From Squalus acanthias (taxonomy: Eukaryota): a stretch of 64,000 nucleotides of DNA. The notes under the pieces are model-generated. The model worked only from the letters and a program-made list of their open reading frames with translations. It was not told where the DNA came from and ran no database searches. Below are positions 26,101 to 38,100 of the stretch, one piece after another. Position numbers and translations under genes: made by a program. The stretch is from the NCBI GenBank assembly GCA_030390025.1, contig CM059432.1, positions 4,588,001 through 4,652,000 on the forward strand, in the 5' to 3' direction. Position 1 is the first letter of the stretch; every line of letters begins with the position of its first letter.

Positions 26101-29100
26101 CTTGAAATTTCCATTTTCATTCCCCTTTCTGATGGTGAATACGGCTCTGCTAGCGTTTGTGTTCTTGAAGTCCTTATCATTCACGGGCATCCGGAGGACC
26201 ATTATGTCGCTTTCAGTCTCATTAACAGCAATGGTGTACTGAAGAAGGAGAAACGATGTTAAAATTATTTGTCTAATCTCTTTCTAAAATAAAAGTCAGA
26301 ACAGCCCACAATTAAAGGATGTGAAAGCCTTGAGAGGGTGCAGAAAAGATTTACGAGAATGATTCCAGGGATGAGGGACTTCAGTTACGTGGATAGACTG
26401 GAGAAGCTGGGGGTTGTTCTCCTTGGAGCAGAGAAGGTTGAGGGGAGATTTGATAGAGGTGTTCAAAATCATGATCGTCTAGCAGAGTAGATAGAGAGAA
26501 ACTGTTCCCATTGTCAGAAGGGTCGAGAACCAGAGTACACAGATCTGAGGTGATTGGCAGAAGAACCAAAGGCGACATGAGGAAAAACTTTTTTACACAG
26601 CGAGTGGTTAGGATCTGGAATGCACTGCCTGAAAGGGTGGTGGAGGCAGATTCAATCACAGCTTTCAAAAAGGGAGTTGGATAAGTACCTGAAGGAAAAA
26701 AATCTGCAGGGCTACGGGGAAAGGGCGGGGGGAGTGGGACTAGCTGAAGTGCTCTTGCAGAGAGCCGGCACGGGCTCGATGGGTCAAATGGCCTCCTACT
26801 GTGCTGTAACCATTCTATGAATTAAAGTTGCTGTAGCTTAATAATGGTGATAACTTGATCAATGATGCAATACAGTTAATGTACAATTAAGAGCCAGGAA
26901 AACGAAAATTGGAATTCCGAAATTTGGATCAGACGGTCGTTACTTAGATCTTGAAATAATATTGTGCAAACATAAACATATAATTGCTTAACATAACTAT
27001 ACAAGTGCAAATTCCTAACACATACTATTTGAATAGAACTCTTAACAGGTTTGAATGGTGCCTTCAGCTGTCTAGGTCCTAAGCTCTGGAATCCCCTCCT
27101 TAAAGGGGAAGAGAGAGGTAGAGAGGTTTAAGATGCTCCTTAAAAACTACCTCTTTGACCAAGCTTTTGGTCATCTGCCCTAACATCTCATGTGGCTCGG
27201 TGTCTAATTTTGTTTGATAATCACTCCCGTGAAGCGCCTTGGGACGTTTCACTACGTTCAAGGTGCTATATAAATGTAAGTGGTTGGTTAAAGTCTTTAT
27301 TAAAAGTAGTGGACATTTCTTAAGTGTCAAGCACTTTTTATACTAATTTCAATGCCTCAGTAATGGTCAACCCTATTTTCCATAAATTTATACTGCGCAT
27401 ATAATTAAAAAAAAGGTTGGTTCTATAGACTCAAATTTGTAGTGAAATGTTAAATGAGATGTTAATCCATGGTAAATGTAGAACCTCCACATCTCCCACC
27501 TTCTGGCAAAAGAACCAGGAGGTGAAGAAGGAGGATTTTATTTTTCACGCAGCGAGTTGTTGTGATCTGGAACGCGCTGCCTGAAAGGGCGGTGGAGGCA
27601 GATTCAACAGTAACATTCAATAGGGAATTGGATAAATACTCGAAAGGGAGAAAATTGCAGGATTGCGGAGATAGAGCCGGGGGGGGCGACGACTAATTGG
27701 AGAGCTCTTTCATAGAGCCGGCACAGACACAATTTGGGCCGACTGGTCTCCTTCTGTGCTGCATCGTTCTAGGATTCCTGAATCAAGCACGGAAGAATGG
27801 CAACACTTTTTTTTAAAAACCAAAATCAGATTATTTTTCCCCACAGATGTCAGTAACTTACTTTGGTGGCCTTAAAGGTCGGAGTATGGTCATTCACATC
27901 AGTAACGTGTACAATGACAGTAGTGGTCGAAAATAAACCATATGTTGCTCCTTTCATGTCTCTAACTTCAACTTTGAGGGTATAAGTGTCCTGGTCCTGA
28001 AAATGTCGAACATTTGACGATGAACGTAATTTGAAATGACAAAATTTTTTAAACACAAACATTACGTTGACGCTTTAGGAAGTGTACTTCCGTGTTTCCT
28101 CCACCCATACAAAATACAAGTGTCAGCTGTGGCTCAGTGGGTAGCACACTCGCCTCCGAGTCAGAAGGTTGTGGGTTCAAGTCCCACTCCAGGGATTTGA
28201 GCACATAAAGCTAGGCTGACACTCCCAGTGCAGTACTGAGGGAGTGCCGCACGGTCAAAGGCGCCGTCTTTCGGATGAGACATTAAACCGAGGCCCTGTC
28301 TGTTCTCTCAGGTGGATGCAAAAGATCCCATGGCACTATTTCGAAGAAGAGCAGGGGAGTTATCCCCCGGTGTCCTGGGGCCAATATTTATCCCTCAACC
28401 AACATAACAAAAACAGATTATCTGGTCATTGTCACATTGCTGTTTGTGGGAGCTTGCTGTGCGCAAATTGGCTGCCGCGTTTCCCACATTGCGACAGTTG
28501 TACACTTCAAAAAGTACTTCATTGGCTGTAAAGCATTTTGAGACGTTCGGTGGTCGTGAAAGGCGCTATATAAGTGCAAGTCTTTCTTTCTTACTAACTC
28601 CTCGGTGATGTAGGTGCGCTTTTAAGCTGAATTTGATCATCCTAACCAACATTCGTACCCTGCAAGACAACCAGAATAAACAGGGTGGTGGGGAAGACAG
28701 AATTCGGTATAAATGAGTATTTTGAGACAGGACATGTGGGGAGTGCAGCGAGCTCAGGAGGAAGGGGTGACTTTGGACACATGGTTCAGACAGCTCTCCA
28801 CCACTGGGGGGGGGGGGGGGGAGGGTTTCCTCACCATGTGCCTGGGTCTGTCGCAGACTAATTGATCACGAATGCCATCCTGAATTACCGAAAATGGACA
28901 GGAGCTACCTGCGGTCAACAGTTTGGGTGAAGCCCACCTTTTTTCCCGCTCAGATGCTGCGCATTTCTCGTATTTCAGACTTCACGATTGTGTTTTTAAG
29001 ATCCCAAGTTACAAAATGCAATCTACAATTGACATATGGAAGGAAGCCGACCCTACCTCTCGGTCCAGTTTATCACTGTTGGTTCTGATTTCGCCCGTAC

Positions 29101-32100
29101 TCTCATCCACGTAGAAAAGCTGACCGAATTGAGAGACTGGCATCTGCGACAGAATCTTGTAACGCAGCATGGTATTTAAGGTTTTGGCTTCATCTATGTC
29201 AATAGCATTAAGGGTCATTACTGTTGTACCTAAAATTGCAAGTGTAAAAGTTATAAAATCCAATTGTTACTTTCACCACAAAGTTGGATGAGACAGTTAA
29301 CTGCATGTGTAGAGAAAGACCACCCCAGGTTCAAGCAGGTGCCTTTCCCGCCTGCTCAGAAGAGCGGGTTAAAATGGACAACGGTGGGATCCAGAAGGTG
29401 CATCAGTAGTTCGCAACCTTGGTGTCGTATCTGACCCAGAAATGAGCTTCCGAGCACATATCCGCAGCATAACAAAGACCGCCTACTTCCACCTCCGTAA
29501 CATCGCCCGTCCCTGCCCCTTGCCTCAACACATCCGCTGCTGAAACCCTCATCCATGCCTTTTGTTACCTCTAGACTTCACTATTCCAACGCACACCTGG
29601 CCAGCCTCCCACCCTACGGAAACTTGAGGTCATCCAAAACTCGGCTGCCTGTGTCCTAACTCGCACCAAGTCCCGCTCGCCCATCACCCCTGTGCTCGCT
29701 GACCTACACTGGCTCCCGGTTAAGCAGCACCTCGATTTCAAAATTCTCACCCTTGTTTTCAAATCCCTCCATGGCCTCGCCCCTTCCTATCTCTGTAATC
29801 TCCTTCAGGCACCCCACCCGCGCCCCCCCCCGCCCGCTCCTCTAATTCTGCCCTCTTGAGCATCCCTGATTATAAATCGCTCAACCTTTGGTTGCCGTGC
29901 CTTCTGTTGCCTGGGCCCCAAGCTCTGGAATTCCCTGCCTAAACCTGTCCGACTCGCTACCTCTCTTTCCTCCTTTAAGACGCTCCTTAAAACCTACCTC
30001 TTTGACCAAGCTTTTGGTCACCTGCCCTAATTTATCCTTATGTGGCTCGGTGTCAAATTTTTTCGTCTTACAATACTCCTGTGAAGCGCCTTGGGACGTT
30101 TTACTACTTTAAAGGCGCTATATAAATACAAGTTGTTGTTGTGGTGTTACCCAGTTGATTTTAACTACCTATTCGCCTGATTTCTGCTAAGCTGGTAGGG
30201 TTAAAATCGAGCCCAAGATGTCCGGCGGCATAAACTGGTCTGTTTTTTGCCTCACTTAGAATCACAGAATAGAATCATAGAAAAGTACAGCACAGAAGGA
30301 GGCCATTCGGCCCATCGAGTCTGTGCCGGCTCTTGCGAAGAGCGACCCAGTTAGTCCCACTCCCCCGCTCTTTCCCCATATCCCTGCAATTTTTTCTCCT
30401 TCCAGTATTTATCCAATTCCCTTTTGAAGGCTACTATTGACTCGCTGTATCCATCCACCACAAATCCTAATCACTCGTTGCGTAAAAAAAGTTCTCCCTC
30501 ATGTCACCTCTGGTTCTTTTGCCCATCACCTCAAGTCTGTGCCCTCTGGTCATCGACCCTTCAGCCATTGGAAACAGTTTCTCTTTATTTACTCTATCTA
30601 AACCCTTCGTGATTTGAAAACCTCTATCAAATCTCCTCTTAGCCTTCTCTGCTCCAAGGAGAACAAACCCCAGCTTCTCCAGTCTATCCACGTAACTGTA
30701 ATCCCTCATCCCTGGAACCATTCTAGCAAATCTCTTCTGCACCCTCTCCAAAGCCTTCACGTCGTTCCTGAAGTGCGGTGCCCAGAATTGGACACAATAC
30801 GCCAGCTGGGGCCGAATTTAGGTACTTGGATATACCTAGATTAACACGGGAATAATCTACAAATCACGAAGTGGATTTCTGGAATAGATTCAACAACCCA
30901 TCGAGTATTTTCCTCCTCGGGCAGGGTCGGGCAACAACGCAAAACAAAACGGATGCGCTGTCTCCTCAAATGAGACCGTAAACTGAAAGCTACTGTTTTA
31001 CATAGAAAGTACGGCACAGGAACAGCTCATTTGGCCCAACTGGTCTGTGCCGGCGTTATGCTCCACACGAACCTCCTCCCACCCCATCAGCATAGCCTTC
31101 GATTCATTTCTCCCGCGTGTGCTTATCCAGTATTGGATTACCAAAAAAAACACACAAGGAGGAACATCAGGAGGGCGAGTAGTCCCCCAACATCTACAAT
31201 TAGATCATGGATATCTGCAATTAATGCATTTCAATTATAAAAAGCTTCAGTCAATGTATGCTTACCAGTTGATGAACGTTCAGCTACGTTTACGTGGAAC
31301 TCTTTTAGTGTAAATTTGGGGGTATTATCATTGACATCAAGGACTTTAATGGTCAAGTCAAGAGGCTGTTCCGGGTAGAACCCTTCTGCAGTTCTTGCAA
31401 TTCCAGTCAACTGAGGAATTGAAAAGGGAAGCTGTTACAATTTGTCCACAATAAAAAAAAAGTTATTCCTTTTTCACAAGTGTATCCAAGCTAGCTTCAA
31501 CTTGAGCATCCCCGATTTGAATCGCTCCACCTTCGGCGGCCACATCTTCAGCTGCCCAGACCTCAAGCTCTAGAATCCCCTCCTAGACCTCTCCGCCTCT
31601 CTCTCTCCCCCCTCCTTAAAAATCATAGAATCATAGAAAGTTACAGCACGGAAGGAGGCCATTTCGGCCCATCGTGTCCGCGCCGGCCAACAAAGAGCTA
31701 TCCAGCCTAATCCCACTTCCCAGCTCTTGGTCCGTAGCCCTGCAGGTTAGAGCATCCCAAGTGCACATCCAAGTACTTTATAAATGTGGTTAGGGTTCCT
31801 GCCTCTACCACCCTTTCCGGCAGTAAGTTCCAGACCCCCCACAACCCTCTGGGTGAAGAAATTTCCCCTCAAATCCCCTCTAAACCTTCCCCCAATTACT
31901 TTAAATCTGTGCCCCCTGGTTTTTGACCCCTCTGCTAAGGGAAATAGGTCCTTTCTATCCACTTTATCTAGGCCCCTCATAATTTTATACACCTCAATAA
32001 GGTCTCCCCACGTGCTTCCTCTGTTCCAAGGAAAAAACAGACCCAGCCTATCCAGCCTTTCCTCATAGCTAAGATTCTCTACTCCCGGCAACATCCTTGT

Positions 32101-35100
32101 AAATCTCCTCTGTACCCTCTCTAGTGCAGTCACATCTTTCCTGTAATGTGGTGACCAGAACTGCATGCAAAAAAAATCTACCTCTTTGACCAAGCTTTTG
32201 GTCATCTGCCCTAATATCTCCTTATGTGGCTCGGTGTCAAATCTTGTTTTTGTAACGCTCCAGTGAAGCGCCCTGGGACGTTTTACTACGTTAAAAGGCG
32301 CTACAGAAATGCAAGCAATTGTTGTTATTACTCCCCAAGCACTTAAAAATAGGAGTATAGCTGAGGCAATACCAGTGGCAGGAAAAACAATTGGACCATA
32401 GGAATTTGCAGCATGGGAGGCGGCCATTCGGCCCATCGTGTCTATGCCAGCTCTTTGCTTGAGCAAGCCAAAACCAATCCCACTGCCCAATTCTCCTCAT
32501 AGCCCATTAGCTTAGGTTTCCAATATTTGTTCAATTTGCCCTTAAAACATGCCAGAGTCTGTGGAAAAGCATTCCATACTTCAACAACTCGCGAAGGAAA
32601 ATTCTCCAAACCGCCCCTCCCCCTCTTACACGATAATTTTTAATTCAGGTCCTCTTATCTCACCCTGGTGAATCACTGTTGTACACCTCCTTCTGGGTAC
32701 TCAAACTGCACACACTGGCCCGAAAATTAGACCTAATGCGGGAGAGTACGCACTGTGTACTCTCGCGTATTAGGTCCCGAAGTGTCGGTTTCCTGCATGC
32801 ACTGCGCATGCGCGGGAAACCGGCACTTCGTGTATGGCAAAGGGGGCGGTTCCTAAGTGAACCGCGTGCGTGCTACAGGCTGCGTGCATGCAGCACACTT
32901 AGTTTTTTTTTCAGGTTTGAACGCGCAGGTAAGTGTTGAAGATTTTACACATAAAGAAAGCAGGCGTAAGACCCCCTTTTAACAAGGTAAGTAGTTAATT
33001 AAGTATTATTTAAATTTTTTTCAACAGGTTTATCTTTTTTAGAGACTTTAAAGAAAGGTAAGTTTATTTTTATAACTTTTAAAAAGAATTTAAATTTTTT
33101 CAAAAATTTAAATTTTTGTTTAAAGTGGTTAATTTATTTAACTATAGTTATTTTATTAATGTGATGGCTTTTTTTTTAAATTTAATTGAGGTTTAGCTGT
33201 TCTTTTGGGGGCTTGTTGTATTCATAGTTTTGACAGCTCTTGCTGTCAAAACTATGAATGAAAGATGGTGTGCTGCCATTGGCTCTAACTGGCCCACGTG
33301 ATCCCAGAGGTAGCATCGAACTAACTGCGCCTCTGGGACACGCACACACTGCGCGCCGGCACCAGGGAGAGGCCCAGGAACTGAAGTTCGTGTGGGCCAA
33401 AACCATAAAGGTAGGCGCGGAGTGCGATATCGCGGGGGATCCTTACCCCCGCGGCAACCATCGAACTCCAATTTCTGGGCCACTATTCTTAACTATGGTC
33501 TAACCAATGTTTATGTATAAAATAGTCATTACTCTTGTACTTTATGCTCCTAGTTATAAAACCAAAAATTCTATTTGCAATTTTTATGGTGTTATCCCAC
33601 CTGCACTTTCAAAGAATGATGCATTTGAACCACTATTTATTCTACTCTTCCTTCTTGGAAAAAGGTAATGGCCCAGATTTTGCGTTCAGAATATCGGTGA
33701 GTCCATCAGCGCTCACTGTTATTGAGGAGTAAATCGGACAGCAACTTCCGGGGGTCCGCACATGCGCAGTTAAACACGGACATCTGGACGTTGCTGTCGT
33801 CTGTGGGTGGCACCTTCACTTCCGACTGCAAAATCCAGGCTGTTCCGTTGACTAATCTCCAGTCATAGTCATAACGGCACAGAAGGAGGCCATTTGGCCC
33901 ATCGAGTCCGTGCCGGCTCTCTGTCGAGCAATCCAGTCAGTCCGATTCCCCCGTTCTATCCCCGTAGCCCTGCAAGTTTATTTCCCTCAAGTGCCTCTCC
34001 AGTCTCCCCTTGAGAACATTGAGTGTCTCCACTTCCACCACTTCCGTCGGCAGCGAGTTCCAGGCCCTCACCACTCGCTGCGTAAAAAGGTTTTTCCCTC
34101 ACATCCCCCCTGTATCTCTTGCCCAAAACTTTAAATCTGTATCCCCTAGTCCTTATACCATCAACTAGTGGGAACAGCCTTTCCCCGTCTAGCCTATCCA
34201 AACCCGTCATAATCTTGTACACCTCGATCAAGTCACCCCTCACCTCCTTTGCTCTGATGAAAACAAATCCAGCTTCTCCAACCTGTCCTTGTAGCTAAGA
34301 TTCCCCCATCCCCAGAACCATTCTGGTAAATCTCCTCTGCACCATCTCAAGGGACTTCACATCCTTCCTGAAGTGTGGTGACCACAACTGGACGCAATAC
34401 TCCAGTTGTGGCCTAACCAGTGCTTTATAAAGGTTCAGCATAATTTCTCTACTTTTCTACTCAATACCCCTATTTATGAAGCCCAAGATCCCATATGCTT
34501 TGCTAATCACTCTCTCAATATGTCCTGCCACCTTCAGGGACCTATGCACATTAACTCCCAGGTCCCTCTGTCCCTGCACACTCTTTAAAACTGTGCTATT
34601 AAGTGTACATTGCCTCTCGCCGTGGCATAAGTCACCCATTTGAGGATTCGCAGCTAGAACTGCAGCTTTAAAAAAAAAGTAGCCCATCTTCCTGGCTGAA
34701 TCACTCTTTGCAACTACAGGAAAAAAAGGCATTAGAGACACTTACTTTAAACTGCGGGTATACTTCACGATCCACGGCCTGCAACACATATATTTTACCA
34801 GTCTCAGGTTCTATTCTGAACAAATTAAATGGAGGAAGATCCACCCCTTGACCGCTGATTTTGTAGAATAATGTATGATTCTGCTGAAAATCTGATCTTA
34901 TCTGGGGGAAGAAGTATTTTGAAAAATTTGGCGTCAACAAAAAAGTTTAGCACAATTTAATTTTTTCTCCCGCGTCCAACTGAGATTCACTCAATATTGC
35001 AACTTACAGTTTGAACATAAAGTGGGAAAGGTCCTATCGCATTCTCAGTGATGGTAAACGGAAGCGGTCTCCACCGCCTTTTCTGACGCCGTAGAATGGT

Positions 35101-38100
35101 CGCACGCCGGTATCGAGAAGATCTTCCTACTAGCAGCTGAAAAATATTAAGCACGCCGCAGGTAATGTTAATCCTGTTCATGAGGAGAGACACATTTATA
35201 CAGCGCCTTTCACAACCTCAGGATGTCCCAAAAACGTTTTACAGCCAAATGAAGTATCGTTCGAAGCGCAGTCACTGTTGTTGTAATGTAGGAAACGCGG
35301 CAGCCAAAATTGCGCACAGCAAGCTCCCACAAACAGCAATGAGGTAAGTGGCCAGATAATCTGTTCTTTAAAACGGGCGTTGGTTGAGGGGTATACATTG
35401 GCCAGGACACCGGGGAGAACTCCCCCTGCTCTTCCTCCTAATTGGAGGCGGCATCAGCAGCGAATCAGCGGCGACTTCCAAAAAAACAAGGAGTGACATC
35501 ACAGGACAGCAGGTAGGTGATTGGTTGGTGAGTATGAAGGTTTTTTTTTCCCCTCTCTAACCTAGGACAGTGGTTTAAACTAGGTGCAGGAAACAACAAA
35601 GTACTGTATTAAATTTATAGCTTAACTAGTTAAACTTATTAATATAACTATAAATAATCGTTGAATAAAGACTTTAACTAATTAAATAAAAATAAGGCTG
35701 GACTAAGATATGGCAGGGCAGGTTGTGTGTCTGGATGTGGGGGTTTGTGGACGGTGAGACTGTCCCGAGCAAACACGTCTGCAGGAGATGTCTCCATCTC
35801 GAATCTCTCCGGCTCAGAGTCAGAGAGCTGGAGTGCGAGTTGGAGACACTCCGACACATAAGGGAGGAGGAGGAGGAATTTCTGGACCGTTTTATCCAGA
35901 ATGCAGTCACACCCCAGAGGAAAGCGCAGGTTCAGGAAGGGGCGGGTGTGACTGCTAGGGAGCCGGGTAGCGGGGATTTAGGAGAGGTTGAGAAGGAGGT
36001 CCCGAAGTACTCGCTACCTGCGAGGACAAGGAGAAAGACTGCAGGGAAGACAGCTACAATGCAGACCAAGGCACCGTGGCTCAGAAGGCTGTCCGGTTGG
36101 GGGGGGGGGGGGGGGGGGGGGGGGGGAAACAGAATAGAAATGTGGTAGTGATAGGGGACTCTATAATTAGGGGGATAGATAGCGTCCTCTGCAGCCAAGA
36201 ACGAGAATCCCGAAGGGTGTGTTGCCTACCCGGTGCCAGGGTAAGGGATATCTCACTGGCAGCTGGAGAGGAACTTGGAAATCCAGTTGTCATGGCCCAT
36301 GTTGGAACAAATGACATAGGTAGGAACAGGGAGGTGGTCCTGCTGAAAGAGTATCAGGAGCTAGGCTCTAAATTAAAAAGCAAGACCTCAAGGGTAATAA
36401 TCTCTGGATTATTGCCTGAGCCACGTGCAAATTGGCATAGAAACAGTCAGATCAGGAGAATTAACATGTGGCTAAAGGGCTGGTGTGGGAAAGAGGGGTT
36501 CCTTTTAATGGGACACTGGCACCAGTTCTGGGACAGGAAGGCGCTGTAACGATGGGACGGGCTCCACCTGAACCGGGATGGACCAGTGTCCCAGCAGAAA
36601 GGGTAAATAGAGAGGTGGCAAAGGCTTTAAACTAGAAAAATTGGGGAAGGGAAGAGGAAAGAGAGAGGGATCTACAAGAAACGTAACCACCCTAATTATA
36701 AACAAAACAGGAAAAGAGAGCATAGGAAAGAATAAAGGGAGGACACTGATGGCGAGGGAATAAATAGAGTTATAGAACAAGAGTCTAAAAAGATGGTTAA
36801 AAATAAAGAGAGAGGAAATCCTATTAAAAATGAGTTAAATTGTCTGTACAGCAATGCACAGTGTCCGTAATAAAACAGGGGAGCTGGAGGCAATTATGTG
36901 TTGCGAGGAACCAGACATAGTACAGAAAAATCAGGACTGGGAATTGAACATTGCAGGGTATAACATATTTAGAAAAGATAGAGTGTGAAAAAAGTGACAC
37001 AGCTATCAGCAAGACAAAAATAGAATCCATATGGACAGAGATAAAAGATAATAAAGGATCAATCACACTAATAGGCATAGTCTACAGACCACCTAATAGT
37101 GGAAGGGAGGTGGAGGAAGAAATATGCAGACAAATTAGGGAAATGAGTAAAAAACAGAATAATAATCATGGGGGATTTCAACTACCCCGATATTAATTGA
37201 GCAGAAGAGGTAGGTAAAGGGGATAAGGGAATGGAGTTCCTACAATGTGTACAGGACTCCTTTCTAGCCTAATATGTAAAAAGCCCAAGGGAGGATTTGT
37301 TATTGGATCTAGTAATACGGAATGAACCAGAGCAGATAAGAGAAGTAAAAGTATGGGAACATCTAGACAATAGTGACCATAATATAATACGCTTTAAAAT
37401 GATAATTGAGAAGGACATAAATATGTTGAAAACCAGGGCAATAGATTGGAGAAAAGCAGATTTTGAGGGGCCAAGAATAGAACTTGGGAAAATAAAATGG
37501 GCAACAATATTGGCAAAAAATGATGTAGAACAATGGGAAACATTTAAAACGGTGTTCAACAGAGTGCAGGAAAAATATATTCCACTAAAAGGAAAGAACT
37601 AAACACTAATGAGACTCCATGGATGAATAAAGCCATAAGGGAACAATTGAGGATAAGGAAAGAGGCATACATTAAGTACATAGACAGCAGGGGAGTGCAT
37701 GCTAAAGGAGAATACGAAGAGATTAAGAGATCAGGTATCAACCTTCCCTTTTGTTCTTTCATCCCCTCCCCATTTCCCAGGCACTACACTTGCTTAAAAA
37801 TCTGTTCCATTTCCTGCTTTTTTCCCAGTTCTGACGAAAGGCCAGCGACCTGAAACGTTAACTCTGCTTCTCTCTTCACAGATGCTGCCTGACCTGAGTG
37901 TCTCCAGCATTTTCTGTTTTTATTTCAGATTTCCAGCATCTGCGGTATTTTCTTTTTGTATTACTCTTTTCTCTTGAAACAGGCCGAGGGGTGACCTAAT
38001 AGAGGTCTTTAAAATTATGAAGAGTTTCGATAGGGTAGATGCAGAGAGAATGTTTCCACTTGTGGGGAAAAGCATAACTAGAGGCCATCAATATAAAATA

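Larger units (their letters stand above)
30260..34620 (-). mobile_element. Separate CR1 3' fragments in introns 5-6 (30260-30810, 31620-32170, 33860-34620)
   Basis: [30 protein letters not shown]. Confidence 0.8.

Noticed and set aside
28121..28195. tRNA-like sequences (also about 50364 and 56398)
   Set aside because: They are A/B-box heads continuous with SINE bodies, not stand-alone tRNA genes.
36099..36126. Poly-G runs (also about 17181 and 28806) as functional G-quadruplexes
   Set aside because: Simple homopolymer expansions, at least two of them inside TE copies and error-prone in assembly; no evidence of function.
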